DNA of 64,000 bases, from positions 17,383-81,382 of IMG/VR virus record IMGVR_UViG_3300033153_003354; one strand, written 5' to 3'. Source of the stretch: a virus. The position numbers and the translations under genes are program-made. Of this stretch, positions 60,601-64,000 are shown piece by piece. Numbering within the stretch: the stretch's first letter is position 1; the number at the start of each line of letters is the position of its first letter. Below the pieces are notes generated by a model. The model did not search any database and was not told the origin of the DNA. It saw nothing but the letters and a program-made list of their open reading frames with translations.

Positions 60601-62549
60601 TGTAGATGTAATGTCGTTTGGTTCACAATCATATTGTGATAATGATAAATGTATGAGATTTGGTCTTGTTACATTAATGGTTATTAATATAGAAGATGAA
60701 CAAATGAAAGAGAGTGATTAGATGTATGAAACTGGAAATGAATTTAAAATAATACTTACAGATTATAACTGTCCACATAAACAAAATGGAAGATGTAAAC
60801 ACACGGGCAACATCACTGATGAACATGGTGTTGGGTTTAAATGGTGTGATGAAAAAATATGCCCGCTTAAAATTGGTGATTGAAATGACTAGAATGATTT
60901 GTGGAGAATGTGGTGAAACACTTTGCAAAGAACTAACAACCCATGATGGTTGTGGTAAATGTCATAATGAAAATTGTTCATTATTTGTTCCATTGGGACC
61001 ACTTTGTGGAATATAATTCATCTTTGGATGTGATTAAAATGAGTATTATAATATGTACTGATTGTGAGAAAAATGTAGATACTGATATTGAAACCATGAA
61101 TAATTTTGATTACAATGATGATGATAAAAGAGAAAATGTATCATATTGTGAAATATGTATGGAAGATCGATGTCGTTCATGTGGAAACATGTTGTGTAAC
61201 ACAAACAAATACTTCGAAGAAGAGAAGCACGAATATACAGGATATGGAAAAACTGAAACATATTGTGTGGGATACCATTGTAGTAATTGTGGTCATAAGG
61301 AGATGTTTTAAATGACAAAAGAAATGATAGATTTTGGAGAATGTAGAGAATGTTCTCTTAAAACAATGACTAGGAAATGGTGGGTTGAATTGGAACAAAC
61401 ATATGATGTAACATATAGTTATCTCCCAGATGTCTATTTAGTTACTGATTGTCCAAAATGTGGAAGAGAATTAAGATTCAACCCTCCTTGGACATGGATC
61501 ATAGAACGTGCATTCAGTATGGGTGGTTAAGTTTTTATATTTGATGTTCTATTACATCATTGGAAGTATAAAATGTTTGAAGAATCGTGTGATGAATGTG
61601 GTAAGGATGGTTTTGATTCTGATAGGTATATTCGTGTGCAGCAATGGCACGCATACAACTTTGAAGATACTCTTGAAAGAGTTTTCTGTTCAATAAAATG
61701 TATGAAAAAATATATCGAAGATTGGGATGATGATCAAAAAAATTGGAATGATGATTAAATGACAACTACATGCCCAAAATGTGGAACAAACTTGAAAAAT
61801 GCACCAGGAATAGGTCCATATTGTCCAAATAAAGAATGTGATGTATCAGATGGTGTTGATGGAACACTTGAATGTTTATCCAGAGATGATGAAATATTCA
61901 ATCCAAAACCAGAAGATTGTTCATCATGGGAAGAAATGTTTCCAGGTGGATACAAACCATTAACACGATTGGACAAAATTGAAATGTGGTTTTATGAGCT
62001 TCCTTACACAATCCCAAAGATGATTAGGAATATTTGTCGATGGTTGTTTTGGCCGAAGTGTGATATATGTGGAAAACCAGCATATTTTGAACATTGTAAT
62101 TTAAAATTCATGGGTAAAGAATTTGATCCTTCAATGCCAGAAGGTTGGTTTTATGTATGTTGGGAATGTAGTTTCAAATATAAAGGGTATGGTTCGGTGG
62201 AATAATGAAAATGACAAAAGAAACAGTTAAAAAAACATGTGATGGATGTTCTTGTGATGTGTCTGTTGTGTATGATAGAAAATCTAAATGTTGTGATATA
62301 TTCTATGTAATGGAATATGTTGATTGTGTCCCATTCGTAACAGAGATCACAAAAATGAGAGAAGAAAGTGAAATTTTACTATGTGATGAATGTGATTCAT
62401 CTTTGGGAATAAAAAATCAAATAGAAAACAATCTACTTGATTATGAAATAAGTAGACTTTCTTCAGAATCCTTTGAATTATATGACAAATCAATATCTAT
62501 GTTGAAAAGAATCATGGAATTAGGAGAAATGAAACACCAAAACATATAA
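51684..62549 (+). CDS. Long array of small early-type genes, many with Zn ribbons or single TM helices
   Basis: Dense plus-strand ORFs with GGTGA RBSs and repeated internal promoters; few recognisable families. Confidence 0.6.
52677..52838 (+). CDS. Second DnaJ-type zinc-finger micro-protein (53 aa)
   Basis: CNKCKGDG and CSKCNGTG. Confidence 0.65.
   Translation: MITVTHCNKCKGDGSYLTGGNRERKIYGPGGSQTFKTCSKCNGTGHVVKEVSK
53786..54088 (+). CDS. Conserved small phage protein (IFKY-x-L...MP.GSQILSV...IWA...GTG...VWHVF family)
   Basis: Recognisable motif pattern of a widespread phage family of unknown function. Confidence 0.7.
   Translation: MWSVTHMKDKRIFKYKLNIIDSQYIPMPQGSQILSVKEQNGTLNIWAIVDINNDNIKNRWFYIFGTGNEFDISLDDAKFIGTVVMSNGLVWHVFDGGETQ
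54114..54205 (+). ncRNA. GC-rich structured RNA with tandem H-type pseudoknots
   Basis: CACCTG/CAGGTG with CCCAGA/TCTGGG; TCACCG/CGGTGA with GTCCAGG/CCTGGAC; central GGGATC/GGTCCC hairpin. Confidence 0.65.
56148..56503 (+). pseudogene. Conserved phage protein (MSYDI...NVTYNY...DDYW..TEGNA...PDGVW family) interrupted at A-AAA-AAG
   Basis: The -1 frame after 56309-56315 gives GIRIIYGKTAEETIPILKDAISKLGDDVDDDYWKSTEGNAKDAL...PDGVWNGD*. Confidence 0.75.
57409..57437 (+). terminator. Hairpin plus U-tract terminator
   Basis: AGAC-GGGATTATCC-AGTCT then TTTCTTTTTT after ORF 57063-57410. Confidence 0.55.
60049..60555 (+). CDS. Second SprT-like zinc metalloprotease
   Basis: ALHEVAHA...HGKEFKSIAQLIGA; true start near 60142 after promoter and GAGGT RBS. 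Confidence 0.8.
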   Translation: MVVQIVDYYCQIYINNNYIYYHFNRVGRGKQMDPTDTLIDEHEEGVPTEEERQQMVLTECYSVLEEHGITDVTIEFPNAVRNSCFYQHLKRRIALCKNWLYVNDVETFMEEAALHEVAHAITDHVHGYGTKTHGKEFKSIAQLIGAAPGCRFKGNLPTKYGGVRYCSD

Positions 62550-62585
62550 ATATTACCATTATCATGTAGTGGTAGGTGAAATCAA

Positions 62586-62807
62586 ATGTCAGATAATAAC
62601 AACAACAACGTGTATGGAGGAGGAGTAGGAATAAGTTTTGTGGTATTCATAGTATTTTTAATACTCAAACTTACAGGAATGATTACATGGTCTTGGTGGT
62701 GGATAACAGCTCCGCTTTGGATTGGTTGGTGTCTATTACCATTAACTGTTATAATTATAGTGTTTGTTGTAATTTTAATTGTGTCTTTGATAACGGATAT
62801 TTGGTGA
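62586..62807 (+). CDS. Small phage membrane protein (LKLTG-x-I-x-WSWWW-x-x-APLW family)
   Basis: GGGVG...FLILKLTGMITWSWWWITAPLW signature. Confidence 0.8.
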   Translation: MSDNNNNNVYGGGVGISFVVFIVFLILKLTGMITWSWWWITAPLWIGWCLLPLTVIIIVFVVILIVSLITDIW

Positions 62808-62808
62808 A

Positions 62809-63648
62809 ATGATGTACAAAAAATATCCAAAGATCAGAAACATGACTTTCCTTCCCAATGGTGGACTTGAACTCATAAACAGGACAATCTATTGGACACT
62901 CAAGAGAGATGGTCAGAATATACCGTTTTGGTATCAGGAATCAACAGATTCAGTTATCTTTGGATCACGAAACAATAGAATACCCAAAGATGAAGGATTT
63001 ATACGAGAAGTAAAAGCATCCATAAATTATGATAATGTTCTTAATATGGTCAAGGAATTTAGAGGATGGGTTTTCTATTTTGAACACATGATGAAAGGAA
63101 CCGGACCATGTAAGATCGAAGAACCAAGAGAAGAACCATATCTTGTTCTTATTGATATTTATAATGAAGAACATGATATATTTATGAATTATAATGAATT
63201 AAAAGAATATTCTTGTGTATTTAATATCCCACTTGTAGAATTATGGAGTAAGCAAACACCAATCACGAAAGAAGATATATTTAACATGGTAGATAAATTA
63301 TTGAAAGATTGTAAGGAACATAAATTTGAAGGTGTGGTTGGAAAAGTATATGATTCAAAACCACAATATATGTTCAAAGAAAAAATTAGTCTTCCAAAAA
63401 CAAAAAAGGAAAAAACTAAATCAAAGAAGAACATCATTGTTTTACCACCACTTACAGACGATCAGGTATTTTCGGCCATTGGACAGGCATTTGTTGAATG
63501 TGAAAGAAATGGTTATGATGTCAAAGATCCAAAACTCACAATGCCAATAGTGGTTAACCATGTTAACACACAAGCAGATGAACACAAATGTTCTTCTCCG
63601 GCAGAGATATTTATATATTATAGAAAATATTTGGAGATGAATCATTGA
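62809..63648 (+). CDS. ATP-dependent RNA ligase (Rnl2-like)
   Basis: KYPKI, motif I KRDGQN, GSRN, FYFE, IDI, EGVVGK, FK. Confidence 0.8.
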   Translation: MMYKKYPKIRNMTFLPNGGLELINRTIYWTLKRDGQNIPFWYQESTDSVIFGSRNNRIPKDEGFIREVKASINYDNVLNMVKEFRGWVFYFEHMMKGTGPCKIEEPREEPYLVLIDIYNEEHDIFMNYNELKEYSCVFNIPLVELWSKQTPITKEDIFNMVDKLLKDCKEHKFEGVVGKVYDSKPQYMFKEKISLPKTKKEKTKSKKNIIVLPPLTDDQVFSAIGQAFVECERNGYDVKDPKLTMPIVVNHVNTQADEHKCSSPAEIFIYYRKYLEMNH

Positions 63649-63884
63649 AAATTGATGTTGTTCTTGCAGAAATAGGTGGTCCGTTTGAAGATATAGGAAA
63701 CGGAAAACCAGAAACATTTGATAGATATCGTGAAATAAAAGGATTTAATTTTTGTATAAGATGTTTATCAAACATCACTGGAACAACACATCATAATTAT
63801 TGTAATACTTGTTGGAGATATAATAAACTTGAAAAATGGACAAGGGAATTAAATAAAGAAACCAAGGATGCTTTAAATGATTGA
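63645..63884 (+). CDS. Small Zn-finger protein
   Basis: CIRC...CNTC. Confidence 0.5.
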   Translation: MKIDVVLAEIGGPFEDIGNGKPETFDRYREIKGFNFCIRCLSNITGTTHHNYCNTCWRYNKLEKWTRELNKETKDALND

Positions 63885-64000
63885 AAAAAGAAAAATATTC
63901 CGGTGTAGTTACAATGATTGCGAAAATCCTAGTAATTTTTGTATAATGAGGCCATGTGATAGTTGTAAATCTATGTTTTGTGGTTTACATATTTTCTTTA

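Noticed and set aside
1-64000. Diversity-generating retroelement, retron, integrase or DNA polymerase
   Set aside because: No reverse transcriptase, recombinase or polymerase motifs, and no TR/VR pair seen in this window

Overview
AT-rich (roughly 30% GC by eye) segment of a tailed dsDNA virus (Caudoviricetes, siphovirus-like: tail tube and tape measure, no sheath gene). The host is probably an archaeon, judging from GGTGA ribosome-binding sites, BRE/TATA promoters, and RFC-, TFB- and histone-like proteins. Layout: 1-3.6 kb holds replication helpers (RFC-large-like C-terminus, SNF2 helicase) and two degenerate tRNA-Arg(UCG)-like genes. 3.6-32.5 kb is a minus-strand virion module (terminase, portal-MuF fusion, protease/scaffold, a broken or split major capsid gene, fibre/decoration genes, neck, tail tube, -1 frameshifted chaperone, tape measure, adhesin-like tail proteins, hub). 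32.5-46 kb carries AbrB+TnpB, a TFB-like factor, a Pol-beta NTase, an AAA ATPase, a phosphoesterase, an intein-containing DNA methyltransferase and a radical SAM enzyme. 46-49.7 kb is a largely non-coding control region with iteron-like repeats, structured RNA candidates and a histone-fold gene. 49.7-64 kb is a run of small, Zn-finger-rich genes ending with an RNA ligase. Most striking unexplained signals: (1) an asymmetric 9-mer, CATCTTYGG, found about 50 times by eye and often abutting TATA boxes; (2) promoter-driven stem-loop RNAs that display anti-Shine-Dalgarno/anti-start-codon loops; (3) a GC-rich tandem H-type pseudoknot RNA at 54.1-54.2 kb; (4) a viral histone with a shortened alpha2 helix and a possible second partial fold. 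All calls are by-eye motif recognition; no database search was run.
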